The translations under genes and the position numbers were made by a program. The notes beneath the pieces are model-generated. The model did no database searches and was not told where the DNA came from. It was given only the letters and a program-made list of their open reading frames with translations. A stretch of DNA of 64,000 nucleotides from Mobula hypostoma (Eukaryota): positions 89,220,001-89,284,000 of the forward strand of contig NC_086097.1 of NCBI RefSeq assembly GCF_963921235.1, written 5' to 3'. Shown in pieces: positions 37,466 to 51,038 of the stretch. The first letter of the stretch is position 1. Each line of letters opens with the position of its first letter.

Positions 37466-38302
37466 TCATTCAAGTACAGGGACCTTCTTCTGACTGCAGC
37501 CGGTGATTAGCAAACACATCGCCTGCTTTCTCAAGGTTTCTGTCTCTCACGATGCTTCAGTCGGCGAAATCAGCGAGGGACCAGGTCATCCACGGCACCA
37601 CTCCCCGAGGGTGCATGTTTTCCAGGCCATTCCTGGAGGCAGCAAAACACTAGGCTGCACAGCCGGTCTGAAAACCCACCATTTGCCTCAGTTACGTTTA
37701 CCAACTTTGCAACCTGATCCGTCAACCTAGTAAAAATCCAACCAGCTCATTAGAATCATAGATTCTTACATTATGGAAACAGGCCCCCAGCTCCCCAGCT
37801 CCACACTGAGCATCAAGCACAGATTTACATTAATTCTTTTTTATTCTTCCCACATTCCCATCAACTTCCTTTCCCCCTGATTTTATGCTCACCTATAGAC
37901 TTGAGGTAATATATAGCAGCTAGCTAACCTGACAGCCCCACGTTTTTGGGAAGTGGGAGGTAACTGGGGCGCCTGTAGGAAACCCACACAGTCAAGGGAA
38001 AACTTGCAAACACCACACAGGCAGCACCCGATGTCAAGATTTGACCTGGGCTTTCTGGTGCTCTGATACAGTGCTGCCCAAATGGAAATGCTTAAAATCT
38101 CCATTGTGTTTCAGTGTCTCATGTCCTTCTGAGGGAGAGCCTCAGAGCACCAGCAGCTTTTGTGAGATGTCAGGCATTGTGACTTTGTTTCTGATCAGCC
38201 TGGCTCCAGTTTTGCAATACTTCAATTTGATATGTCTAATGATGTCACTTATTTGCCCTCTGAGTTCTGATCACATTAAGCACCAGGTTTCTCAACCTTC
38301 TA

Positions 38303-38924
38303 CGAGGGGTGATTGATAAGTTTGTGGCCTAAGGTAGAAGGAGTCAATTTTAGAAAACCTAGCACATTTATTTTTCATACATTTACACACTTGGCCCAGC
38401 GGTTGTGGAGTTTACGGATCCCTTCTTTGTAGAAGTCGGCGTCTTGGACCTCCAGAAAGTGGTCCACAGCAGGGGTGATCGATAAGTTCGTGGCCTAAGG
38501 TAGAAGGAGATGAGTTATTAACTTCAAACTTTTCTGCATTTTCACTCAAAGAGTTGAACTGCACGTGCAGGTAACAAGAGCTGTATAACTCATTTTCTAC
38601 CTTAGGCCATGAACTTATCAATCACCCCTGCTGTAGACCACCTGGCGGTCCAAGACGCTCTCGTTACATGCAAGTGCAGTTCAACTCTTTGAGTGATAAT
38701 GTAGAAAGTTTGAAGTTAATAACTCATCTCCTTCTACCTTAGGCCACGAACTTATCAATCACCCCTGCTGTTGACTACTTCTATAAATAAGGGATCCGTA
38801 TGCTCCACGACCGCGGGACTAAGTGTGTACATGAAGGAGGGGACTATGTTGAAAAATAAATGTGCTAGGTTTTCTAAAATTGACTTCTTCTACCTTAGGC
38901 CACAAACTTATCAATCACCCCTCC
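38303..38924. mobile_element. Mariner-type foldback MITE, almost fully palindromic
   Basis: TA|cgaggggtgattgataagtttgtggcctaagg ... ccttaggccacaaacttatcaatcacccctcc|TA; long inverted arms. Confidence 0.88.
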
Positions 38925-39279
38925 TAAATTCTGGGCATAGCATGTAGCATGTCCTCATGATTCAAGACTGTTTGCCCCGGTATTATTCTGGTCAACACTG
39001 GAGGCCCCCCAAGGGTAGTATCTTCCTCCTGAGGTACAGTTCACAGAACTAAATGCTATTCTGTTGGTGTCCAAAGATTCCATAACACTGTGTTGCATGA
39101 AGAAGCATAATGTTACAGCCAGTATAGCTGCTGCTTCAGTTGCAGTGACCCAGTGCCAAACTTAATCCGAATCTCAGTCATGCACTGACCCATTCAGTCC
39201 TGATCATCAAAGCCGTCCACGTGGAGTTAGTTTGTGCATTCTCCTTGTCCCCTGATGAATTCATTTACGTATTTGTTGT

Positions 39280-39548
39280 GATACCATGTGCAATAGGTCC
39301 TTACTGGCTCTTCAAGCTGCACCCCACAGCAACTCTTGATTTAACCTAACCGAATCCGGGGACAATTTACAATGACCAATTAACGTCTAAGACGGTATGT
39401 CTTTGGAGCGTGGGAGGACACTATAGCACCCAGAGGAAACCCACGCGCTCATGAGGAAAATGTGCAAACTCCTCACAGACAGTGGCGGGAATTGAACCCA
39501 GGTCTTCGGTACTGTAAAGCGTTCTGCTGACCACTATGCCACTGTGTT
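39280..39548 (-). mobile_element. V-SINE copy (another at about 37750-38080, minus)
   Basis: gggaggacactatagcacccagaggaaacccacgc V-domain complement and gggaattgaaccc B-box complement. Confidence 0.7.
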
Positions 39549-39619
39549 ACCCCAGACTGCTCCTGGCTTCTGTCCACTTCCCAAAGGCATGTAGGATGGT
39601 AGGTAAACTGGCCACTGTT

Positions 39620-40200
39620 AATCACAAACACAAGTCTGCAGATACTGGATGTCCAAACCAACACACGTAAAATGCTGGAGGAACTCAGCAGGTCAGGTAG
39701 CACCTATGGAAATGAATGAACAGTCAATGTTTCAGGCTGAAATGCTTCTACAGGACTGGGGGGAGGGGGCAGACATCAGAATAAAGAGGTGGGGGGAGGG
39801 GAAGGAGGATAGCTAGAAGATGATGGGTGAAGCCATGTGAGTGAAAAAAGTAAAGGGCTAGAGAGGAAGGAAGCAGATAGGAGAGGAGAGTGGATCATCG
39901 GAGAAAGGGAAGAAGGAGGGGATCCAGGAACAAGAGAAGAGGTAAAGGGCCAGACTGGAGAATAGAGGAAAAGGGGAGGCAGAGGGAATTTTTTTTACTG
40001 TAAGGAGAAACTGATATTCATGCCATCAGGTTGGAGGCTACCCAGACAGAATATAAGGAGTTGCTCCTCCACCCTGAAGTGGCTTCATCGTGGCATAAGG
40101 GGCCATAGACTGACATGTTGGAATGGGAATGGGAACCGGAATTAAAAGTGGGAAGTTCCACTGGGAAGTTCCTGTTTTAGCAGATGGAGCGAAGATGCTT
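39620..40200 (-). mobile_element. Penelope-like element 3' fragment
   Basis: Same family as 33090-33602 in reverse orientation (atgccatcaggttggaggctacccag; aaaatgctggaggaactcagcagg). Confidence 0.75.
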
Positions 40201-40559
40201 GACAATTACCTCTAGTTGTAGGTGAGTGGTGAAATCTAGGTAGAATTGACAGGAATATGCACAGAATTAACAAAAAAAAAGTATGTTATTTTTGTCTGCA
40301 GAAACTTGCTGATGCTCTCTCCACAGATGCTGCCCGACCTGACACATATTTTCTGTTTTTAATAGCATTACAATTTAGCACTGAAACCCAAATTTGAAAG
40401 TCCTTCCCTGGATGCACAGCGGGAGACCTTCAACCACACAAGCCAACAGTAATTACAAGAGAGGGCACCACCTCCTTCAGGGCAACCTGTGACCAAGGGG
40501 AGTCTATGCGGCCACAGCCTGTGGCATCAGGCTTGCGTGGAAAATCATTTTAAAAATAC

Positions 40560-41480
40560 TTCCCCGAGAATAAGATTACGAGAGCAGGGGGCGAGGAAGT
40601 GCCCCTTGGGCGGGACCAACAGGGATAATTGGGCAAGATGTTAGCACAGTCTATCCCGAGAGGATATCCCGATGCAAGTTTGGAAGTCTCTCTTGCCAGA
40701 TTTCAACCACGTGCCCAGATTCAAAGCAAGCGCTCCGAACAATGACCAATCAGAGGGAAACTGTAATCCAATAGTCAACTCCCTGTCAGTTTACGAAACT
40801 ATTCTCTATATCTGGTGTATGTTTAACCATGTTGATATAGGAATCACAGCGTTGTGCGTTCATAATAGCAAACGCCTTTTTGTGACCAACTTACTTCCCT
40901 AGACGTTATGAAACGTTGATTTACCGCCGGCAGTGGAATAGTTTAGCAAAAGTTGTTGATGTTCTATCACATTTCATGCCCTTAGTTGTGCCGTTATTTA
41001 CATGAATGTAATTAAAGGTGTAGTGCCCTGCGGTGGGAAAAGGGCAAATCTGTGAGGCGCCGGAGCAGGGCGGAGACGGGAAAACTTTTTTTTTGGAAAA
41101 GTTTTAGCGCATGCTTAGTGCTCCGCTGAAACTGACAAACGAGGTTCGGCTCCAGTGAGTATCAAGGAAGTTAACACAGTCAGCCGAGGGGTGAGGACTG
41201 CTGAGAAGGAAGGGAGGAGCGGTGTTGCAGATTCCCCCGCAATCGCTTCTGGAGTCGGTGTCTGCAGACGGAGGAGCGGCGGCTCGCCCGAGGGCAGATT
41301 CCTGGTAAGGTGCAGCTCCTCCTGTCGCCCTGGTCCCCGCTCCCCTCCGTTCGCCCGGTGCATGCTTGAGATCTTGCGCTGACGTGTTTGAAGTTGCTTC
41401 ACGGTTATACATGAGGAGAAATCCGAGCTCTGTATGTGTATGTGTGTGTGGTGCGCGCTTCCGGTGTTGGACCGGGCAGA
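40560..41480 (+). promoter_or_regulatory. CpG-rich promoter and probable non-coding first exon (ending 41304) of an unidentified + strand gene
   Basis: The clearest non-repeat CpG-dense region in the window; ETS gaggaagtg (~40593), GC boxes (~40608, ~41068), E-box cacgtg (~40708), NF-Y tgaccaatcag (CCAAT 40746-40750); strong donor CTG/gtaagg at 41304/41305. Confidence 0.65.
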
Positions 41481-41902
41481 CACAGTTGGAGGGAATGAAC
41501 AGTCCAAAAGCGCATCACCAGAATAATTTCTGGGATAAGAGTATTGTCCTTTCTAGGAAGGCTAAACAGGTTGTATCTGTTACTCTCTGCCGTTGAGAGG
41601 AGTGACCCCATGGAAACACATAAATTCACAATAGGGTAGATATTGAGTTGTTGGGATCTCAAATGAGGGGACATGGTAAGATCGGGTCATTTAAGACCAA
41701 CGTATGTGGAAAACTTATTTTCAGAGGCAGTTGATGCTCTGGAGTCCTCCGCCCGAGACGGTGGTGGAGACGAGATCATTAGAAGTCTTATAAGGTACAC
41801 TGTCCATGTTTGAAAAATCAAGGAAGAGAGGGTTCTGATGGAACTGGCAGAGAAGGTGGAGGCTTGGAGGAGGTCAGCCATGGTCATATTGAATGAATTA
41901 GA

Positions 41903-42292
41903 ATCAGGTTTAATATCACTGGTATCAATGAGAAGAGGGGCATGCCCTGGGCGATGGGGTCCTTAATGATGGATGCTGCCTTCCTGAGGCATTGCCATTG
42001 GAAGGTATTGGTGATGCTGGGCGGCTAGTGCCCATGATGGAGCTGGCTGAGTTTACAACTTTGTGCAACTTTTCCGATAGTGTGCAGTAGCCCCTCCAAC
42101 ACCAGACGATGCAACCAGTTAGAATGCTCTCTGCAGTACATCTGTAGAAATTTGCCAGTCTCAGGTGACATATCAAATTTCCTCAAACGCCTATTGAAAT
42201 ATAGCTGCTGTTGATCCTTCCTTGTGATTGTATTAACATGTTGCTCCCTGGATAGCTCTTCAGAGATGTTGACACCCAGGAGATTGAAACTG
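41903..42292 (-). mobile_element. Rex/Babar-type LINE fragment
   Basis: FNLLGVNISEELS, QQQLYF and NFYRCTAESILTGCI; related to 24211-24900. Confidence 0.7.
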
Positions 42293-44859
42293 ATTACGAC
42301 TGCTCCCATTTTATTGTGTTCTTATGAACAGGTTATATATACAGCGTGAGGAAGAAGAGGAAGGTTATGGGGCAGAGAGAAGTGTAATGGGACAGAGCAC
42401 CTGGAGGAGGTAAAGGGAAGGGGACAGAAGGGAAAATGAGCAGGGCACAGGGAGAGAGACAGGTGGATGGGGTGAGGCACACACTGAGCTTGGAGAGATG
42501 GGGATGGCTTGACTGGGACGGGGCATAGAGTGAGGTAGGATTGTGTGGGGGGTGGGGGGTGAAGAACCAGGCTGACACTTCTCACAAAAAGGCAGGGTTG
42601 ATGAGAACAGGACAAAGAGGAAGGGCATGTGTGATGGGGAAAGAGCAAAGAGAATATGGGATGGCAGGATAGATGTGAGCATGTGCAGCAGTGGCAGGGG
42701 ATAGAGCTGGGGAAGGGGTAGAGAATGGAGGAGGGGGGTAGTGTTGCTCAGGGGTGCATTGGAATTGGTATATTATGTCACGTGCTGAGATACAGTGGAG
42801 ACTTCTCTTGCATACTGTTCATACAGATCAAATCATTGCACAGTGCATGGGGGGAGAGCAAGGGAGGTAAAACAATAAGTGAACAAGGAACACACATCAA
42901 ATGTGGGCATAGGGTACAGTGGTGCTGACCGGCACTGACAGTCTTGCTTCAGAGCCCTACTTTTAAACAACGAGAAGTTCGAACAATTATCACCACAATT
43001 TTGCTGGCTGACTTCTGGTCAACATCCAGGCTGAACTCAATCCTCATTGATCTGCACAGCGAAGTACATCTTCAAAGTCAAACCGATGTGGCTGTATTGT
43101 TCACTTCTCTGTTTTGCATGTCTTCATTGTTATAATTGTTCTCAACTGTTATAATGGAAAGCTGAAATTAATTATACACTGAATAAGGTGATCTAATGCC
43201 TCTCTTTATCATTATTAATGGATTTAATGTGCAAAGAGGAGATAGTTCCCCGTTGAGTGAATCCAGAATTAGCGAAATCCACTGGGCAATTGAGAGAAAA
43301 GCAAAATCTTTACCCAGATATTTGAACTGTAGAACTCATGACTACATAGAGTGATTGAGGTGAATAGGATGGATGCACTTAATAGGAAGTAAAGGATGAG
43401 AAAGTGCTCCTTTAAGGCAAGTATCATAAATACAAGATGTGGATAGTACTGGAGGAGAATAATGTGGAGTCTTGGCTCTGGCAAAGGTCTGCCGAGCCAG
43501 TATTTGCTTTTCCGTTCTATACATCCTGTGTAGAGAGAGTTAAACTATACAAGTCAGGCTAGTTGAGCCACTGAGCACCCAAGTGTGGTTTAAGTGTACA
43601 AGATCATGACTGGTTTAGAGAGAAGGAAGCAGATGGTTCAATGACCCGAGGATACAGATATTAACGTTTTCAGAAGAAGACACACGTGGCTGTGGGGGAG
43701 GTGAGTATGAGTGAAGCACACTGCTGGCGAGAGTGGTGGGAATAGCGTCGGCAGAGGCTTTCAAAGTGGAACTGAATTGGCACTTGAAGTTAGAAAGCAG
43801 AGTTTTGGGAGAAGAGTGGAGGGTTAGAATGGTCAGGATTGCATGGAGCTGATGGGCCAAGTGGCTTCTAAATCAACATTTTGACTGGTGGGATCCATTC
43901 ACAATTCACACAGATGTAGGGGAATTTGAAAAAGCGTTGAAATCTCAGCCAAATGGGTGTGAGTGTGTTTAAGAAATGTTCATGTTTTTGGTGTGACGAA
44001 TTGAAAACATTCAGAAGATTTTGACCTTTTGACTTGTACCCTATCAGGAGAAAGCATTTTTGACATTGAGCTGAAGTACTGACAGATTTACATCCCATAT
44101 ATATTGCAGAACTGGTTCCAGTGGAACTGAGCTGGATCGCTTGGTGCTCTTAATATCGCAGGATGGAAAGATAAAGAAATTTGCATTTCTACAGTGTTGT
44201 GCATGACCTCAGGATGTGCCAAATGCTTTACAGCCAATTAAATACTTCTGAAGTGTAGTTGCAGGATTAATTTAGGAAACAAGGTGACAAGTTTGTATAA
44301 ACCAAAGCTTTCACAATTCAGTCAGCAGGGAGCAGTAATTGGCTGGAATACTAAAGGGGAAAAAAACACGATTTCTTCAGATAAAACTATAGGATCTTTA
44401 AAATCCATCATATGGAGCTTAGTTTAACATCTCCAAACCAGCAGGTCAGACAAAACTGCACTGAGAGCGTAAGGCTGGATCTTGGCACAGTCAGAGTCGG
44501 GCAACCCTTCTGCCCAAGTCATCCATGCTGACTGAGGGGCCCACCTATGCCAGTCTCATTTATTTATTTACCTTTGCCTGTGTTTGGCCCATAACCCTCT
44601 AAATGTTTCCTATCCATCTCCTTATTCAAATGTTTATTATATATTATACACACACAGAGACACACCTGCCTGACGAAGGGTCTTGTCTCAAGACTGCGAC
44701 TGTTTATATAGATGCTGCCTGACCTTCTCAGTTCCTCCAGCATTTTGTGTGTGTTACGCTGGATTTCCAGCATCTGCAAAATATTCTATGCTATTGTATG
44801 CCTCAAAGACTTTTGCTAGCAGCTCATTCCAAACATGAAGCACGTGGCATCTAAAATTT

Positions 44860-45280
44860 CGACAAACTTCTATCAATGCACAGGTAGTTAAGAGTTGTAG
44901 AGGTATGAGAGGGTTATTGCATGAATGGAGGTGTGAACTGTTGTGGAGATGCCAGGGTAGAGATGTTAGGACTACATTGTAAGTAGCTGATAGGTGGTGT
45001 CGTACCCCATCCCCTCTGTTCCGTTTCCATTTTGACCCCTTTTTCAAACCACCCGTCCTCCCTGTGCAAAATGTGCACATTGTTCTTATCCAAGGAGTGT
45101 CTCTTGTCCTTTAGGTGTAGGTATACTGACATACACTCAAACATAGACACAGCAATATTGTATGTGCTATCCAATGCAGTGAGAACTGCACAGATCTGTA
45201 TATCGGCGAGACAAAACAACCACTTCACAAACAGATGGCTAACACCTCCGGTCAAGACTCAGTTGTATATTTACACCTCC
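44860..45280. mobile_element. Second Penelope-like family: GIY-YIG fragments in diverging orientation
   Basis: Plus strand ~45151-45240: SNIVCAIQCSENCTDLYIGETKQPLHKQMA (GIY-YIG core). Minus strand ~45130-45000: VYLHLKDKRHSLDKNNVHILHREDGWFEKGVK. Confidence 0.7.
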
Positions 45281-45870
45281 GTAAAATAACCTCTTGGTCC
45301 CCTACATTCCAAGAAATAAAGAACTAGCCTGATCAATTTCTCTCTCAGGCCCTCAAGTACTGGCAAAATTCTAGTGAATCATAAACGCAAGAGATTCTGG
45401 AGATGCTGGTAATCTTGAGCAACTCAAAATGCTGACAGTCAGGCAGCACCTGTGGAGGGGAAATAACAGTTAATGTTTCAGACCAATATTCTTCATTAGG
45501 ACTGAAATCAGGGTACGAGCACAAATCTTTGCGCTCCTTCCAGGTTAATGTCATCCTTCCTATAACAGGGTGAGCAAAGCTACTGAATATGCCAAGTACA
45601 GACTAACCAACATATTTTATATCTACAACATAGCTTTTCAATGTCTAAACTTGTGTCATGCAGGGCTGGGGCTTGGGCTCAGGTGCAGGATTGTAAAGAA
45701 TGCACAACTAAGAGCACCAGAAACCCTGTCCTTGTAATCGGAGCCCTCCTTGAGAGGCAGGATGTAAAACAGGTCTTCCTGCTATGGGCTTCAAATGAAT
45801 CAGTCAAAGTTCCTGGAGCTCCGCTTTGTAAAGGTATCTGTGCGGAATGGCTGAGAGGAGAATTGTTTTT

Positions 45871-46285
45871 CCTCCCCTCACCCGCTTCCCTCATCCTCAC
45901 CCCCTTCCCGTTCCCCTTCCCCTCACCCCCTTCCCCTTCCCCTCACCCCTTCCCCTTCCACTTCCCCTCACCCCCTTCCCCATCCCTGACCCAGTCCCCT
46001 TCCCCTCATCCACTCCCCTTCCCCTCACCCATTCTCCCACCCCTCACCCACTCCCCTTCCCCTCACCCCCTTCCCCTTCCCCTCACCTCCTTCCCCTTCC
46101 CCTTCCCACCTCCTTCCCCTTCCCCGTCCCGTCACCTCCTTCCCCTTCCCCTTCCCCTTCCCTTTCCCCTCACTTCCTTCCCTTTCCCCTCACCTCCTTC
46201 CCCTTTTCCTTCCCCTCATCCCCTCACCCTTTCAACCCCACGCACTCAACCTCACCTCTCCCCCTTCCCCTTCCTCCTCCCCTTC
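45871..46285. repeat. C-rich low-complexity satellite (ccccttccc / ccctca units)
   Basis: About 410 bp of nearly pure pyrimidine on +; the Pro-rich ORFs over it are artefacts. Confidence 0.9.
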
Positions 46286-46937
46286 AAGGTTGCTCCACCA
46301 TTCAATCATGGCTGTTTTTTTAACCCCATTCTTTTGCTTTCTCCCTGTTACTCTTAACCCCTTAAGTGATCAAGAACCTTTCAAACTCTGCCTTATACTG
46401 TATGCACCCAAAATCTTGCCTCCACCAACGTCTGCAGCAAAGAATTCCATAGATTCACCTACCTCAGGCTGAAGAAATTTCTCATCACTTCAGTTTTAAA
46501 GGGATATCCTTTTATTCTGAGGCTGTGCCCTTAAACCATAGTCTCTCCTACTACTGGAAACATCCTCTTCATATCCACACTATCCAGGCTTTTCAGTACT
46601 ATATTTCAATGAGGTCTTCCATCATCCTTCTGAACTCCATCAAGTACAGGGCCAGGGGTATCAAATGTACCTCATAGTTTAAGTCTTTCATTCCTAGGGT
46701 CATTCTTGGGTTCTGCACTGCTCCCTCTCCCACAGCTGGGGCAGGATGTGCTTGGTATGGTGGGGTGGACAGTCCATGAGCTAGTTTGCTCCTTTCTCTG
46801 TGTATACAGGAACTTGAGGTCCTCAATATTAGTTGTGTGTTTCCAGAGGGCATAAGTCAAGGAGTAAAAAGTCTAGAGGGCAAATAAGGAGGAATAATTT
46901 TCATCCAGAGATTGGTTGAAGTTTGGAACACACTGCT

Positions 46938-47555
46938 CAGAATCAGGTCTACCATCACCGGCATGTGACGTGAAATTTGTTAACTTAGCAACAGCAGTTC
47001 AATGCAATACATAATCTAGCAGAGAGAGAGAAATTAATAATAATAAATAAAATAAAACAATAATAAATAAACAAGTAAATCAATTACGTATATTGAATAG
47101 ATTTTTTTAAATGTGCAAAAACAGAAATACTATATATTAAAAAAAAGTGAGGTTATGTCCAAAGCTTCAAAGTCCATTTAGGAATCGGATGGCAGAGGGG
47201 AAGAAGCTGTTCCTGAATCGCTGAGTGTGTGCCTTCAGGCTTCTGTACCTCCTACCTGATGGTAACAGTGAGAAAAGGGCATGTCCTGGATGCTAGAGGT
47301 CCTTAATAATGGATGCTGCCTTTCTGAGACACCGCTCCCTGAAGATGTCCTAGGTACTTTGTGGGCCAGTGCCCAAGATGGAGCCAACTAGATTTACAAC
47401 CTTCTGCAGTTTCTTTCGGTCCTGTGTAGTAGCCCCCACCCCCCCCACCCCCAATACCAGACAGTGATGCAGCCTGTCAGAATGCTCTCCACAGTACAAT
47501 TATAGAAGTTTTTGAGTGCATTTATTGACATGCCGAATCTCTTCAAGCTCCTAAT
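46938..47555 (-). mobile_element. Rex/Babar-type LINE 3' fragment, same subfamily as 24211-24900
   Basis: Near-identical 3'UTR (atcaccggcatgt...gtgaaatttgttaacttagcaa/gcagcagtt) and RT C-terminal coding sequence. Confidence 0.8.
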
Positions 47556-50490
47556 CCTGTCATACTATGCTGAAGGTAGTGAAGGCAGGTTCTCTCACAA
47601 CGTTGAATGAACATGTAAAGGAGCATTAAAATCACCAAGGCATAAAAGGCTACGGGCTAAGTGCTGATAATTGGGGACACTATAAATGGGTGCTTGATGG
47701 TCATCAGGGACAGAGTGGGCCAAAGGGTCTATTTCTGTGCCAAATTGTTACACACACCCCTAATTTTCTCTCTTCTATTTGAGCAGTCATGGGCTAGAGG
47801 TTCCTACTCGAGGTTTTTATAGCTCTACAGGGAGCAGTTTAGTGTTCCTGTGATCACTTGATAATGCCTTCCCGTGCACTGCTCAGAAATGGAGTGTCTG
47901 TCTGAGTCTGCTGCAAGGCAGGCGATCAATGTGTCTGTCTGACGGAGCTGACTGAGGCCATTCCTGCGAGTCAGATGCAGAAACTTCAAGCTACCGTGTT
48001 TGTATCGGGACTGGAGCAGCACCTGACAAGAAGAAAAAAACAAATATAACACCAGAGCATTACATTCCAAAGCACTTACATTTCATCCAAGACTTCTGAA
48101 CGGAGATCACTGTTGGTTAAATAAACACAACAGCCAAGTACACACAGCAGGGTGGATCAAGTGAAACAAGCAAGGGGTAACTTTACTTTGGTGATGTCAG
48201 CTGATGGACAAGGTCTGCCCAGGAGGCAGGAAGAGCACTGCTGTTCTTTCAAACAGGATATTTTGCAGAAGGCAGGTGTGGTCTTGGTTTAATGTCAGCC
48301 CAGTATTTCTGCTACTGCGCTCCCCTGATGTTGTACAGGCAAAGTCTAAGGAACTTTAGGGGAGAAAACTTCAGAAGTGGGGGGTGTATGACAAGCTTCT
48401 CTTTATTAGTCAAGTACCGAGTTTAGGAGTCAGTAATAATAATAGACATCCATTAGTCTCGTGAGACCATGGATTTGCACCTTGGTAGATTTCCAGGGCG
48501 CAGGCCTGGGCAAGTTTGTATGGAAGACCGGCAGTTGCCCATGCTGCAAGTCTCCCCTCTCCACGACACCGATGTTGTCCAAGGGAAGGGCATTAGGACC
48601 CATACAGCTTGGCACTGGTGTCGTCGCAGAACAATGTGTGATTAAGTGCTTACTCAAGCTGAGGCTCAAACTAGTGACCTTCAGATCACTAGACCGACAC
48701 ATTAACCACTTGGCCACATGCCAACACAGTAGTCTGTAATCTGAGGAATAACCATCACTTCTATAGTGACCTGGGGGTATAATCCTTGTTTTTTTACAGT
48801 GACTTGGGACAAAATTCCAGCACATCCTCTTTCGTAGCCCCTACATATTCCAGCACTCTAGCCTGTACTGTGCTGATCTCACATTAGTCAATGTTTATTA
48901 GCTTTCCTTCTCTCTTGCTTTCTCTGTCTGTGTTGCCGAGTATTTTCAGGCATTCTACTTTGATGTTATTTACCCAACCCATGCAGTTTACCCTAAGAAT
49001 GTTGTTGACAGAAGCCAGCTCATCTACAGAAGGAAGCATTTGATCCATTTGACAGGAGGTTAAGATGGACAGCAGCAGGTTAGAGCCATTTTGCATTTGT
49101 GACGGACCAGACCCCTACCCCCACCACTGCAGCAAGGAAGACACCAAAGAGCAGAGCCAATTGTTACATAGACCAAATATTGACTGTGGCAGATCTTGAT
49201 GGCCCCCTGAAGGGAAGGCTGTGACACCCCACTGTGCTCGAGACTCACTGTGTCCTCAATAGGCCCTTCCTCTGCAGCATCCTTTCATTTTGGAGATTGC
49301 AGCAGACAGGTGTTGGGGAGAAACCTGGAGCTTTAAGAGTAGGAAGAGTAGGAAGAGCTGGGAGCCGGAGAGAGGCTTAGTTGGTAGGGGTGAACAAGTA
49401 GTTGGGGTGGTGTGGATTGCTGCAGATTTTGAGCGGTAGAGCTTGTGTCAGCAAGATGTACTGGGGCACCTGAAACGTTGGGGTCTTTAATGGGGAGGAC
49501 GGAGGGTGCGGTTTCAGACAGTTGATTGGGTATTTTGGCCACATGATTAGCGGTGCTGAGAGTATTGTAGTGATTGGGGGTGGTGAGGGTGTTCAATAAT
49601 CCTGGGAAGACAGAGTGGGGATACTGGTCAGGAGAATTTTGCTGCTGTCCTGCCACCAATATCTAAAAAGAGATTATCTGATTCTGATCTTATTGCTGTT
49701 TTGAGGACCTTAATTACTTCAGTTGAGGGTAAAAGTACATAATTAGCTTAAGGTCCTATGGTTGCAAACGATGTTATATAACCATAAGTTGCTTCTCCTT
49801 TTCTTCCCTGGTGCCCTCTACACTACACAGGCTGCAGAACAGAATGGCTCTGCTTGGTGCTGCCAACCATTGCTGCCTTTGTATTGACACTGGGCTACAA
49901 GGAGACCATTGTTTAAGAGGGAAGCTGCTCATGCATACAGAGCTGGTGCTGTTGGAATCAATGGGAGCAGTGTTGGTGAGAGCTTGGCTGCCTCAGCAGC
50001 AGCCTTTTAGAGTGGGCAGAGTTTGCAAGAGCTGGGGCTGTTTGCTTTGCATCCGACTGCGAGGAAGCAGAATTATATTGGCACAAAATACTGGCATCTT
50101 GGCAGTGTGTCATATGTAGTGGTAGGACTAGTTCTGGCTTCTGTTTTCCTTGAAACTGTCCTGTGAGGTTACTGACCATATCAGGAATGGCCAGAGACAT
50201 CCTTGTGGTAAGAATGAATATGAGGAGTTGGTGGCAGAGCCTTTCGGAATCCTCATTCCATGTTAACAACATGAGAAATAGAAGAAGAAATTGATCCTTG
50301 AATCTGGTCTGTCATTCAAGATGATCGTGGCTGTTATGATCTTGCTGTCTGCTCCACTTTCCCACCTGTTCTCCATAACCCATGGTTCCTTGGTAGCTCA
50401 AAAATCTATTGATCATTGAATACAAGCAATGATTTTACTTTGGCTCCCTAGGGTAACAAAAAAGTTCCAGAAATTCATAACCCTCTAACA

Positions 50491-50569
50491 CAGGGCTTCC
50501 CAACCTTTTCTATGCATGGACCCCAAACATTAACCGAGGGGTCCATGAACCCTACATTGGGAACCCCTG
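50491..50569. mobile_element. Tiny hAT (Charlie-type) MITE
   Basis: TIRs cagggcttcccaa / ttgggaacccctg; 8-bp TSD ctctaaca / ctctaaaa. Confidence 0.8.
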
Positions 50570-51038
50570 CTCTAAAACAAGGTCATCTTCATCTCTCATC
50601 TTCTAGTCTTTGTCACAAATGCATGAGCCCTTATTCTTTGTCACTTTCTAGATTCCGATTTCCCCATGAGGGGAAATTACCTGCCCCTATCTACCTTGTC
50701 TCTTGGTACCTAATGTTTCAATGAGACCACCTCTTAGTTTTACCGTAATGAATGAACATTGCCTCCACCATTTCTCATAAATCATTGACTTCCTTCTAGG
50801 AATCAAGGCACGTGAATTGCCATTAATATATCTTCCCCAGAATGAGAGAAAAACTGCATGCAGTACTCCACCTGTGATCTTGCCAAGGCCCTGTACAGTT
50901 GTAGCAAAACCCCCCTATTTGTATTCAACATTCTCTTTGCAAGAAAAAAACCAACATTCAATTTGCCTTCCTAATTCCTTGCAGTTTCTGCATGCTGACT
51001 CCACATTTCATATACAAGGAGACCAAATCCCTTCATAG

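Noticed and set aside
38303..38924. CRISPR-like repeat array
   Set aside because: Eukaryotic context; repeats occur in both orientations with non-unique spacers and TA-flanked TIRs, which indicates a MITE.
45641..46357. 238-aa and 158-aa proline-rich ORFs
   Set aside because: Products of a C-rich simple repeat lacking stop codons.
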